DNA from: Opitutales bacterium
GTDB lineage: Bacteria; Verrucomicrobiota; Verrucomicrobiia; Opitutales; JABSRG01
DNA: 18,557 bases
Reading direction: 5' to 3'
NCBI GenBank assembly: GCA_049599475.1
Contig: JBMYOQ010000078.1
Span: 1 to 18,557, forward strand
The position numbers and the translations under genes were made by a program. Shown here piece by piece: positions 1 through 8,878 of the stretch. Every line of letters starts with the position of its first letter. Positions within the stretch are counted from its first letter, which is position 1. The notes under the pieces are model-generated. The model did no database searches and was not told the DNA's origin. It saw nothing but the letters and a program-made list of their open reading frames with translations.

Positions 1-10
1 ATCGCTTCAA

Positions 11-538
11 TTATTGTCTGGATGCGGGGGTAATTTGAAGACAGCCCCTAGTATTCTCCAGTGTAAGAAGCCCTCCCGTGAGGTTAAAATCGCCACCACG
101 GATCGTGCGAGCGATGATATCTCCTCCGCTCATATTGACGACGGCGCCACCCGCAAAACGATCATCCGCATCCAAGGTAGCACCCTCAGATACATTCGCT
201 ACGAAAGAAGTGCTGAGTCGATCTCCATTAAATAGTGCATTACCACTGAGATTAAGGGTAAGCCCATCAAGAGACGGAGTTTGAGTTGTCGAAGTTAAGG
301 AAGAATTTCCAACGACGGAAATTTCCAAATCACCGAGACTAACACCGGTGAAATCTACGGCAAAATCACCTAAATCACCGATCGTCGCTACACCACCGCC
401 GACTGAAGGGGCTCCGGAGCTCCAGTTACTTGCTGTTGAAAAAAGGAGGTCACCGCCTCCGTTGTTAAATGAAGTCTGCGCGTTTGCCGTGTAAGCCAAT
501 CCCGCAGACAACAAAAGAGAGTAGAGTCTTTTGGTCAT
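11..538 (-). CDS. Secreted Gly/Ser/Thr-rich beta-strand protein resembling the N-terminal part of verrucomicrobial PEP-CTERM/autotransporter-like surface proteins; possibly C-terminally truncated
   Basis: Sec signal peptide MTKRLYSLLLSAGLAYTANA|Q, an FSTASNWSSGAP motif and repeated Gly-rich strands (VNMSGGDI, FNLTGGLL). No sorting signal at the C-terminus; the stop is 10 bp from the window edge. Confidence 0.7.
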   Translation of the reverse strand: MTKRLYSLLLSAGLAYTANAQTSFNNGGGDLLFSTASNWSSGAPSVGGGVATIGDLGDFAVDFTGVSLGDLEISVVGNSSLTSTTQTPSLDGLTLNLSGNALFNGDRLSTSFVANVSEGATLDADDRFAGGAVVNMSGGDIIARTIRGGDFNLTGGLLTLENTRGCLQITPASRQ

Positions 539-648
539 TCTATACGTATTATTTGGAGTTGCGGGGGGGCTTTCGTCTACGATCTTCCATTAAATATACA
601 TTCTAAACAAGTGATTTATCGGATTACCCCTCACCGCTATTTTATGAG

Positions 649-660
649 TAAGTGCACTAA
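649..660. promoter_or_regulatory. Candidate operator palindrome, copy 1 (taAGTGCACTaa)
   Basis: Near-perfect palindrome in the AT-rich divergent intergenic region; same AGTGCACT core as 741-752. Confidence 0.35.
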
Positions 661-740
661 CAAATTCAAATTTTTCTCAAAAAACTATTTTAAACCTCAT
701 TCATCGCTTTTTCGAACAGCATTGGACTCTTAAATGCATG

Positions 741-752
741 AAAGTGCACTTT
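741..752. promoter_or_regulatory. Candidate operator palindrome, copy 2 (AAAGTGCACTTT)
   Basis: Perfect 12-bp palindrome ~105 bp upstream of the PEP-CTERM gene. Confidence 0.4.
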
Positions 753-857
753 TCCAAAACATCCACACTCATCTTCAGGGCAGCCAAACATTGATACCCT
801 TCACATTCGTTCACTTACTATATTGAAGCAACAATCAACCCCTCTCCCCTCTTGTGA

Positions 858-1523
858 ATGAAGACCCGGCTCCTCTGTACCCTATTTCTATTACCCCTCC
901 ACATCACTCTCGCTGAATCAATCAGTACCGGTAAATTCAATCTAAGGTATGATGATGAGCCCCAGACGACTTCGACTGGGTGGGCTGTCTCTGCGGATTT
1001 CAGTAATAGTCACGAGACCGCATGGATCGGCACCTTTACATTCAGCGATAAAGACATCGATGGTGATACACTGAATGATAGTTTTAGCATTACACTTCAA
1101 GGAATTGCTGAGAATGGAAAAATAACTGCAGGATCCTCTCAATGGCGGATCAGCCGAGGGACAAATATGACATTTTCCCTGAAAGACTTTCCAGAAAATC
1201 AGCTGAGCTCCAACGGAGAAAGAATCCTCTTAGATAATTTTAAATATACGTATGCGAGTATCGATCATCGGTCAGGCGGCGCATACACGATCAGTCACGG
1301 CTCCGCTCAAAAAACAGGGCACTCTGAAGACAAGGGGTTTAGCTTCAAAAGCGATAGCTTTAGCATCCTTTCTGAGGAACAAACCACTCAATACCGTCTG
1401 CGATTGACGAACTTCAAAATAGACGTCTCGACGGTCAAAATTCCTGAGCCAGGCGCATATGCCGCATTTGCCGGATGCCTAGGAATGCTCCTAGTAGCGT
1501 TCAATCGAAAGAGAAAGCTCTAA
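858..1523 (+). CDS. PEP-CTERM sorting-domain surface protein
   Basis: N-terminal signal peptide. C-terminal IPEPGAYAAFAGCLGMLLVAFNRKRKL is a PEP motif plus TM helix plus basic tail. Internal DKDIDGD is a possible Ca-binding Dx[DN]xDG-like loop. Confidence 0.92.
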   Translation: MKTRLLCTLFLLPLHITLAESISTGKFNLRYDDEPQTTSTGWAVSADFSNSHETAWIGTFTFSDKDIDGDTLNDSFSITLQGIAENGKITAGSSQWRISRGTNMTFSLKDFPENQLSSNGERILLDNFKYTYASIDHRSGGAYTISHGSAQKTGHSEDKGFSFKSDSFSILSEEQTTQYRLRLTNFKIDVSTVKIPEPGAYAAFAGCLGMLLVAFNRKRKL

Positions 1524-1556
1524 CCAAAAATACCTTTATTCATCTTTCAAACGCTC

Positions 1557-1643
1557 AAAATCAGCGACCAAGCAAATTGAGAAAAATGCCTTAGTTCGGC
1601 TAGTATACTAAACCGTCCCCCCAGGCATAGCGCTGATTTTTTT
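1557..1643 (+). other. Nested inverted repeats ending in a T-run (possible terminator or structured RNA)
   Basis: AAAATCAGCG 1557-1566 pairs with CGCTGATTTT 1631-1640; ATGCCT 1586-1591 with AGGCAT 1623-1628; central palindrome TAGTATACTA 1601-1610; T7 at 1637-1643. Confidence 0.3.
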
Positions 1644-1755
1644 GGTTCTATCTAATAATTTGAATGCAGGCTCTTTCCGTGAACGCCCTTCAAATCCAGC
1701 AACCTACCCCAGCCGGTCTGATCCCATTTAAGTATCAAACAGATCTCCCATCCCC

Positions 1756-3114
1756 ATGAATCGAAAGCCGAAGAAGAAAAACAAAATGATGATGGCCGCC
1801 CTTTCGATAGGTGCGGTCATAAATGTTATCTTACTCCTGATCTTCGGGGGAATGACTGTATACAAATTTATCACACCGAAAGAAGTAGAGCTCCAGGCAC
1901 CCCCGCCGTTGAAGCCCATAGAGCCGCCAACAATAAAATATAACCAAAAGAAAACGAAAGACCGGCAGGACAAGAGCCAGCGGCCTAAGCAAAAGCAAAT
2001 TAAAGCTCGGGCACTCGACAACATCGTAACCCCTCAGGTTGATATTAAAATCGCCGAGATTGCCCCATCTGTAGATGTCAGCCCTGGCGCTGGTGATACC
2101 TTTGGAAGTGGTCGTGGATTAGGCGGCGGCGGACTCCGCATGGGCGTCAGTGCAGTTGATTTTTTCGGAATCAAAAATAAGGGGGAACGCATAGTCATCA
2201 TTCTGGATATCGCGCGTAGTATGCTTGACCCACGGCGCGGTGACATCCCCGGATATGCAGAAGTGAAAAGTCGGGTAAACGATGTCATTCAGAGCCTCAA
2301 TTCAGCAACCCTGTTCAATGTAATGGTTTTTTCGAACGGCCTGGATGTCATGAGCAGTTCTCTTGTTTTAGCGAACGCCGAAAACAAACAGCGGGCTGCT
2401 AGCTTTATCGATCCATATTGGAAGGCCGACGGCGGGCGCTTTGTCCCAGGCTACAAGGAAAAGACATTTTTAAATAATTACCAACCCACATTCGAAGGCA
2501 TCATCCCCAAAAGCGGCTCATCCAGAATGGATATGGCACTACTCGCTTCGTTTGAACAAGGCGCAGACGCCATCTTTATGCTAACTGACGGCACCCCTTC
2601 CGTAACACGCGAACTCAATGATAAAGAGCAAAAGGAATACGACAAGAAATTAGCCCAATACGAAAAACGTAAAGCAAGCGTAACTCCAGAAGAACTTGCA
2701 GAATATCAAAAACAAAAGGCAAAAGCGGCTGAAGCCGCTAAGAAAAATCGCGCTGCCAACGAAGCCCGCAAAGCAGCTGACGCAAAGAAGCGTGCTGCGA
2801 AGGGTCTCGATGCTGTAGTCCGAGAAGGTAAAACCAAATCCAACAACAAAAAACCAAACATAAAGTCTCCATTCGGCAGTAAACCGAAGAACAGTGTCGA
2901 TATCAAAGAAGGGAAAGAATTCGTGCAATGGATGGAAGATCTAGCCAAAGCAGAATACGGAAGCGGACGCAAACAACTACCAACCGTAAACATTATCGGT
3001 TATTCAATACCTGAAAATGGAAAAATCGCAGATTTCCTCAATGATCTCAGGCGTCAGTTCCCGGGCAGCCAGATGGATGTATTCGGTAAATATATCGAAG
3101 AAAACAATACATAA
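1756..3114 (+). CDS. Single-pass membrane protein with Pro/Lys-rich stalk and von Willebrand factor A (vWA) domain
   Basis: Basic N-terminus and TM helix, APPPLKPIEPP stalk, Gly-rich linker, FFGIKNKGERIVIILDIARSM (MIDAS-like), FNVMVFS, AIFMLTDGTP, VNIIGY. Confidence 0.85.
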   Translation: MNRKPKKKNKMMMAALSIGAVINVILLLIFGGMTVYKFITPKEVELQAPPPLKPIEPPTIKYNQKKTKDRQDKSQRPKQKQIKARALDNIVTPQVDIKIAEIAPSVDVSPGAGDTFGSGRGLGGGGLRMGVSAVDFFGIKNKGERIVIILDIARSMLDPRRGDIPGYAEVKSRVNDVIQSLNSATLFNVMVFSNGLDVMSSSLVLANAENKQRAASFIDPYWKADGGRFVPGYKEKTFLNNYQPTFEGIIPKSGSSRMDMALLASFEQGADAIFMLTDGTPSVTRELNDKEQKEYDKKLAQYEKRKASVTPEELAEYQKQKAKAAEAAKKNRAANEARKAADAKKRAAKGLDAVVREGKTKSNNKKPNIKSPFGSKPKNSVDIKEGKEFVQWMEDLAKAEYGSGRKQLPTVNIIGYSIPENGKIADFLNDLRRQFPGSQMDVFGKYIEENNT

Positions 3115-3365
3115 TTCTCGAAAACAGAATTCCTCTGAGAGCCCTAATAGGATCAAGTAAATAGGAGTTTAGCTCGCTAATCACACGGCTCCAGAGCCAA
3201 GTTAACACCTCGAGCAAACGAGACCTCACTGCTACGTTCTAAACCCCACCACAAATCTGTAGATCAAACAGTGCATAGATTCAGCACTTCGAAGCAGTTT
3301 TTAACAACCTAAGATTTTTGCCATAACCATCCATTTGTTTATTTTCTAGAACAATAAATTTAAGC

Positions 3366-3395
3366 GATATATTTAATCAACAGACAAAATATATC
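3366..3395. promoter_or_regulatory. 9-bp perfect inverted repeat with 12-bp spacer (candidate operator/promoter site)
   Basis: GATATATTT 3366-3374 and AAATATATC 3387-3395 in an AT-rich tract. Confidence 0.35.
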
Positions 3396-3444
3396 AGGAC
3401 TTTAGGAAGATTGGTTGGATATTGGATCATCTCCTAATTACAAA

Positions 3445-3484
3445 GTCCCGACATTCCGGGGGGGGTGTCGGGACCTTTTCTTTT
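3445..3484 (+). terminator. Rho-independent terminator
   Basis: Stem GTCCCGACA 3445-3453 / TGTCGGGAC 3466-3474 followed by CTTTTCTTTT. Confidence 0.75.
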
Positions 3485-3633
3485 ATGGCTGAAGCAAGTC
3501 GATAGGTTTCAAGCGCCACCCTCTGAATCAAACGCAAAAACGTTCAGCCCAACGATCCTGTTTGATCCAGTTAATCTTATCCAAAAATTGTGTTGTGACT
3601 GCTTGCCCTCGCTTGAAAACGCATTCGGCCTCT

Positions 3634-3659
3634 GGGCCGGCGAGGACGCCGTCCCCTAG
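3634..3659 (-). repeat. Solitary REP-like hairpin
   Basis: GGGcCGGCG-agga-CGCCGtCCC followed by CTAG. On the minus strand it reads CTAG-GGGACGGCGTCCTCGCCGGCCC, the same tetranucleotide-plus-imperfect-hairpin layout as the GTAG REPs elsewhere in the window. Confidence 0.45.
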
Positions 3660-4192
3660 CAAACATCTGGTATTTACCCCCCCAGGAGTTAAATCGAAAC
3701 GGTATAAGCGCGAATCCGCGTAGACAGAGGTTTATCCCTGAGAATCAATTACCATTTCGCGTGCTCACAGCGGCACCTGAGATAGGTCATTCACACAAAG
3801 TCCCTCTCGGCTTAAACGTAAAACCGCGTTGCGATTTCCGATGCGATGATATTCGCGATCTTCTTCTTTAAATTCGCTAACCAAAATTCCGACTTTTGAA
3901 GCCCCTCTGAAGGTCAAAATTTGACTTCATAAGGCCAACAACGGAACAGAGGAGAGAGCGACGCATGAATTCGAAAGCATACACAGCACAATCGCACGGG
4001 ACAGGGCACCTCGTGCATACGGGCGCCGTCCGCGAAGAGTGCGTTTTTCTAAAATTTCTGGAGTCATAATCATCACGCAGCGCAATTGACCAAGTAAAGA
4101 AAGTGTAAAGAATGAAAGACAGTCCGCACTCGATGAGAACACACCGCCCCAAGTGGTTCTCATATAACCCCCTCCAGCCCCCTAGGACAGCA

Positions 4193-7100
4193 ATGGTCAA
4201 GACTCCCCCAATCTTTACCCATCCCTACACACCTCCCAAGGGTTTCGCCCTTGTTCTAGCCCTCGCACTTGTAAGCCTTTTACTGCTTCTCACGGTCACA
4301 TTCATGAGCTTAACGCGCTCGGAGACTGAAGCATACGAAAATTCAAACGCTGAGGTCGAAGCGCGCCAAAATGCGATCACCGCAGCCAAGATGGCAATTG
4401 GACAGCTCCAACAACTCACTGGATCTGACACTCGGATAACTGCTAGTTCGAAAATTTTAGATGATAATAATGTCCCATTAACGGGTGTCTGGCGCAGCTG
4501 GGAAGCGAGTGATCGCGTCCATCCAGACAATGCAAACGCACCCATCGCATATACATCAGATTTGAATGGAATGCCACTTACGCCCAACTACGACTCGAAG
4601 TTTGAACAGGGAGATCGCAACATAGCCACCCAATCCGACTACTTAGATGGGCGCTTTTTAGGCTGGTTGACATCCGCCAACATCAGCCCGACCTCTGGCG
4701 ATGACGCTACTTCCGGAACCGCAGACGGAGAAAATTCTCTCGCACACGCCCCCTCAGAAGGACTGGTCCCCATGATATACGAAGGGAGCGTCGATATCTC
4801 CTCGAATCCCACCGAAGCGGTATTCTTGCTACCCACGCCTCTAGAAACCAACAACACTACGACTGGTAGCCTTGCATGGTGGACCACGGGCAACAACTCC
4901 AAGGCAAAGATCAACATCGATATTAGCGAGGAACCCACGAGCGGCGATATTACGGCTTGGACACAACGACTGAAATCATTCGGACGCCCCGACCCCTCAG
5001 TATTTGGGCTCGGATGGATAGATGATCAAGATGACCTCCCCACCTTCGCCAATTTATCGACATTAAATTTTGAATACGATTCCGCGAGCGACTTCGACCA
5101 GACACCCTTGAATTTCCATGACATTACCACCATCAGCACAGGGCTATTGACCAATACCGCAACAGGCGGCTGGCGAAAGGACTTATCCCTGATGACGGAG
5201 AGTTATGATGGAGACAACGCAAGCGTCGATGAAGACCCGGCGTCCAAGAGCACAGGCTACACCTTACCCAGCACTGGACTCCCCTTCTACACAGCGAGTC
5301 CCGGAGAGATAATTTATTCTCAAAAGGCTGACGGTACCGATATAGAGAATACTCTGATCTACCCATGGACAGGCTATCGTGTAGGTGCAATCAGCTCTCG
5401 AAATAATGCCGGACCCATTTCCTCATGGACCGCACTGGTAGACTACGCGACTCAATACAAAGATATTACATCGTATTCCAGCAGTGGATCCACTTATCCC
5501 CTCATAGATAGTTGGTTTGGATGGGCTCGCCCGGATCATTCCACAGACAAATTCATCAAGAATGAAAAAATCCGTTTCGCACCAATACTGAGCCGCGTTT
5601 ACATAACTTACTCCTTGACCGCCAGAATTGGCACGGGAGGAGATCATGTGCCTCAATTATTAGTCACTCCAAACGTTCAGATATGGAATCCATACAACGT
5701 CACGATGGAAATCGATTCATCTCGGACTCTGATGGTCAAACTCGACTCAAAAGTCCTTCCAATATCCTTCGACTATACCATCGACAGCGGAGCCAAAATT
5801 GATCGTAGACTCGAAAAAATCCATGAGCAAGCCGAAGGCTCAAATGACGATCTTTATATCGAAATCCCCATGACAGAGACAATTGTCCTCCAACCAGGAG
5901 AAAATCGAATCTTTGGGCCCGGCGACGGAATCATTGAGCAATATGCAGACATTACTGACTCAAAGGTGCCCCTCGGTGAAGGTGTAGGTATCAATGGAGG
6001 CTTTGCTCTGGACTTTGAAAACGGCATCCCTGAATACGATGGCACAGCTGACTTTCAGATAACCGCTGTAGAATATGACTTCCCTTCCGGAGGCTCTTTC
6101 TACCAGGACTTCAACTTTTTGGTGAATCGCAATGAAGTCGCCATCTACAAAAATGGATTCACACGCTCTGATTTAGCCTCAGATTCAGACGAATCTCGGA
6201 TATATCCCACACTCTCTTCGACAGATCTATCAGCCCCATCAAGAACTCTAGACACATTAGTCGGCTCATCACAGCCCTTCATGACGGTCGTCTGGGGAAA
6301 CCGCATCACCACCCCCCTGCACCCGGTCGACGAAACGGAATATGCCTACAGATTCAGTAAAGGCTACGCCCAATCAAGTCCTCTAAATTATGGGAGCAAG
6401 ATGGGAACCGAATTCGGAGACAAAGAAGACTATGAAGACATGGGGCTCCATCACCCGATCAACTCTGTCTATGAATTGAGTTATCGGCCAATAAACAGCT
6501 GGAGCTCAGCAGACGGATGGGTGCAACCTCAAACGACTCCAGGAGATAATCTGGAAGGCTTCATGTTTACTGGATTGGATGCGGCCAGCTCCGGAAATGC
6601 ATTTAGCGGCGTTGTTGCAGAGATTCCCACACGCCCGATTCAGAGCCTCGTCGACCTCACTCACTGGGACGCACGTAATAATAACCCAATACCTCCCTAC
6701 CAATTTAATATTCTGGGTAATAGCACCGCCAACCCTATCTTCCAACCAGATACGATTTTCAAAAACCCAACGGACCTCGGATCAGAGCTCATGTATTTCT
6801 GCAATGATGACAGCTACTACATGAACCATATCTTCTTCGATGATTGGTTTGTATCCTCGATCGCCCCAGATTTCGGTGCGTCTGGCACGTCTCAACAGCG
6901 AAGTATCAACACCGTCTATTCGGACCATCTGGAGAAAACGACTCCATTACCCAACTACTTCTACCAACCTTCTAGCGACGCTGCCTTACCTGACATAGCA
7001 ACCGCGGCAGATAACATTACAGAAAATACCCCCAGCGGAAGCGACCCCTACCCCTTTGAAACGGTTGCGTCTCAGCTCGAAGTCGACGGAATGTTTAATG

Positions 7101-7933
7101 TAAACTCGACATCTGTCGAAGCGTGGAAAGCTCTCCTGCGGCAGGCAAAAGGAAAAAGTATCCCTTACGTCACAGAAACTGGCTCCATCAACCTTGAGTC
7201 AAACGACAACTCAAGCTTCCCCTACCCGCGGACAACGATTGCTGGCGGCGTCCAAGCAGACGGCAGCGCAGCGCTTCAAGACGAAATAGCGGGATACCGC
7301 CTTCTGTCCGAGGAACAGATCGATGCCCTGGCGAATGAAATCGTGAGCCAAATCAAGCTCCGAGGCCCCTTCCTATCCCTGTCTGAATTCGTAAATAGGC
7401 AACTCGTAGATGACTCTGGACCCGAATCGCTGGCTCTTGCAGGTGCGATCTAACAAGCCCTCGACAACATGGCGAATTATACCGGCGGCAACGCGAGCCT
7501 GAATCCATATGCCTCACTCCAATCGTATGCCTTCGAAATCGACGAAACAAGTCCGTTGGTAAGCCAAAATTTCTTGTATGGAGATCCCGATTACAATTTC
7601 CCAGAGGCGGCTAAGGGCTGGTCAACATTCGGATTACCCGGATGGATTCGGCAGGCAGACATCCTGCGCCCGATCGCTCCCATTCTATCCGCCCGCGACG
7701 ATACGTTTACCATCCGAGCATACGGCGACAAACGCGATCCAAACAATTCGAATATTATCATCGCCAAGGCCTGGTGCGAGGTTGTGGTCAAGAGAACAGC
7801 CGCGTTCATAGATCCATCAGACGACAAAACCACCCTGCCCTTCTCGAGCGATATGACAACCTCCCTGAACGACATAAACGGCAGAGCCTATGAAGTCGTA
7901 TCTTTCCGCTGGTTGAAGGAAAGTGAAATTTAA
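4193..7933 (+). pseudogene. Large PilX-like prepilin / Verru_Chthon cassette protein A-like gene interrupted by one in-frame TAA at 7451-7453 (nonsense mutation or base-call error)
   Basis: Class III signal KG|FALVLALALVSLLLLL followed by ARQNA...AIGQLQ...GSDTRITA. Family-typical C-terminal blocks FNVNSTSVEAWKALL and RGPFLSLSEFVNR lie before the stop; IRQADILRPIAPILSARDDTFTIRAYG and GRAYEVVSFRWL lie after it, in the same frame (AGAI*QALDNM). ATG 4193 is preferred to 4112 because it gives a short prepilin leader and is preceded by AGGA. Confidence 0.85.
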
Positions 7934-7942
7934 ACCGACGCC

Positions 7943-8644
7943 ATGAGCAAACTTTACCCGACCCCTAACATCACCAAAGGCTCTCAAGTTCTCCTATGCG
8001 TAGTAGCCTTATGCGCCTGCTTACACGCTTCAGGACGGGAAGTCCTAGCGATGTATTTAACAAAACCCGCGTCCAGCCACAATGAATTCAAGCTCGTCAA
8101 TAAGGATTTCGACGCTGAACTCTCGATAAACGCCCGCTACTTCTCGAAGCCCATCGAAATACCCGCGGGAGAAATCGAGCTGTCCATTGTTCCGCCCTCG
8201 TGGCAGTCCAGCCAAGAGCTACCAAACAATGCACAAACAATCACCATTCCTGAGGACTGGGATCGCATCTATTTGCTATTCGCTGAAGTTCCAGGGAAAT
8301 TCGCATTTCCGGCTCAAGCAGTCCTTATCAATGCCTCTTCGGACAGCCTCCCCTCGGGAAACACATTTGTATTCAATTTCTCAGACGCAACCGTCCGAGG
8401 AAAATTTGGAGACGTTCAACTCACGGCGGACCCGAAATCTCAGGCGGTGATCCAACCGCCCAGGACAGACCTAGGAAGCTATCGCGTAGATATTTTTGCG
8501 AAATATCCCGAAGATGACGAAATTATGATCTTATGCGGGACGAAATGGCTACATGAGCCCAACGCCCGAAAAATACTCTTTATCACGCCACCTCAGAATA
8601 ATCGTAAATATCCTTCGATACGAACGGTACAAGACTTCGAGTAG
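7943..8644 (+). CDS. Exported hypothetical beta-rich protein, probable partner of the prepilin-like protein
   Basis: Starts 9 bp after the upstream stop; signal-like segment VLLCVVALCACLHASG; 233-aa ORF with normal composition. Confidence 0.75.
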   Translation: MSKLYPTPNITKGSQVLLCVVALCACLHASGREVLAMYLTKPASSHNEFKLVNKDFDAELSINARYFSKPIEIPAGEIELSIVPPSWQSSQELPNNAQTITIPEDWDRIYLLFAEVPGKFAFPAQAVLINASSDSLPSGNTFVFNFSDATVRGKFGDVQLTADPKSQAVIQPPRTDLGSYRVDIFAKYPEDDEIMILCGTKWLHEPNARKILFITPPQNNRKYPSIRTVQDFE

Positions 8645-8690
8645 ACGCCTCCTTCAGACACTTCCTCAAAAATGTGTTCATAAAAAAACT

Positions 8691-8774
8691 GGTAAGGCGA
8701 ACCGTCTCGGTGAGCCGATCAAAGGCGAAACAAAGGCTTAATTTTTGCGGCTTACAGGGTCGATTTGTCCTACC
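8691..8774. repeat. REP doublet (REPIN-like), family A, degenerate right arm
   Basis: Left arm GGTAAGGCGAACCGTCTCGGTGAGCCG 8691-8717 has 1 mismatch to the 13027 copy. The reverse complement of the right arm 8748-8774 is GGTAGGACAAATCGACCCTGTAAGCCG (20/27 identical). Lies between convergent genes. Confidence 0.8.
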
Positions 8775-8878
8775 ACTCCTGCCCTAAGAAAGCGCAAATT
8801 TACCAGAATAACACTATTGAGAAACCGTACAAGGCTCGTTTTCGGGCCCCGCGACCACCTTTCAAAGGCAAGCGATGA

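Noticed and set aside
3423..3435. 16S rRNA gene fragment
   Set aside because: Only a 12/13-nt match to the 16S 3' end; the upstream sequence shows none of the conserved 16S terminal helices.
3458..3465. G8 tract as a phase-variation site
   Set aside because: It lies inside a terminator hairpin, not in a supported CDS or promoter spacer.
7451..7453. Programmed recoding (selenocysteine, pyrrolysine or an alternative genetic code)
   Set aside because: The codon is TAA, not TGA or TAG, and TAA serves as a normal stop for other genes here (1523, 3114, 7933).
7469..7933. Independent 154-aa gene
   Set aside because: It is in frame with the upstream ORF and carries that family's C-terminal motifs, so it was merged into the interrupted gene.
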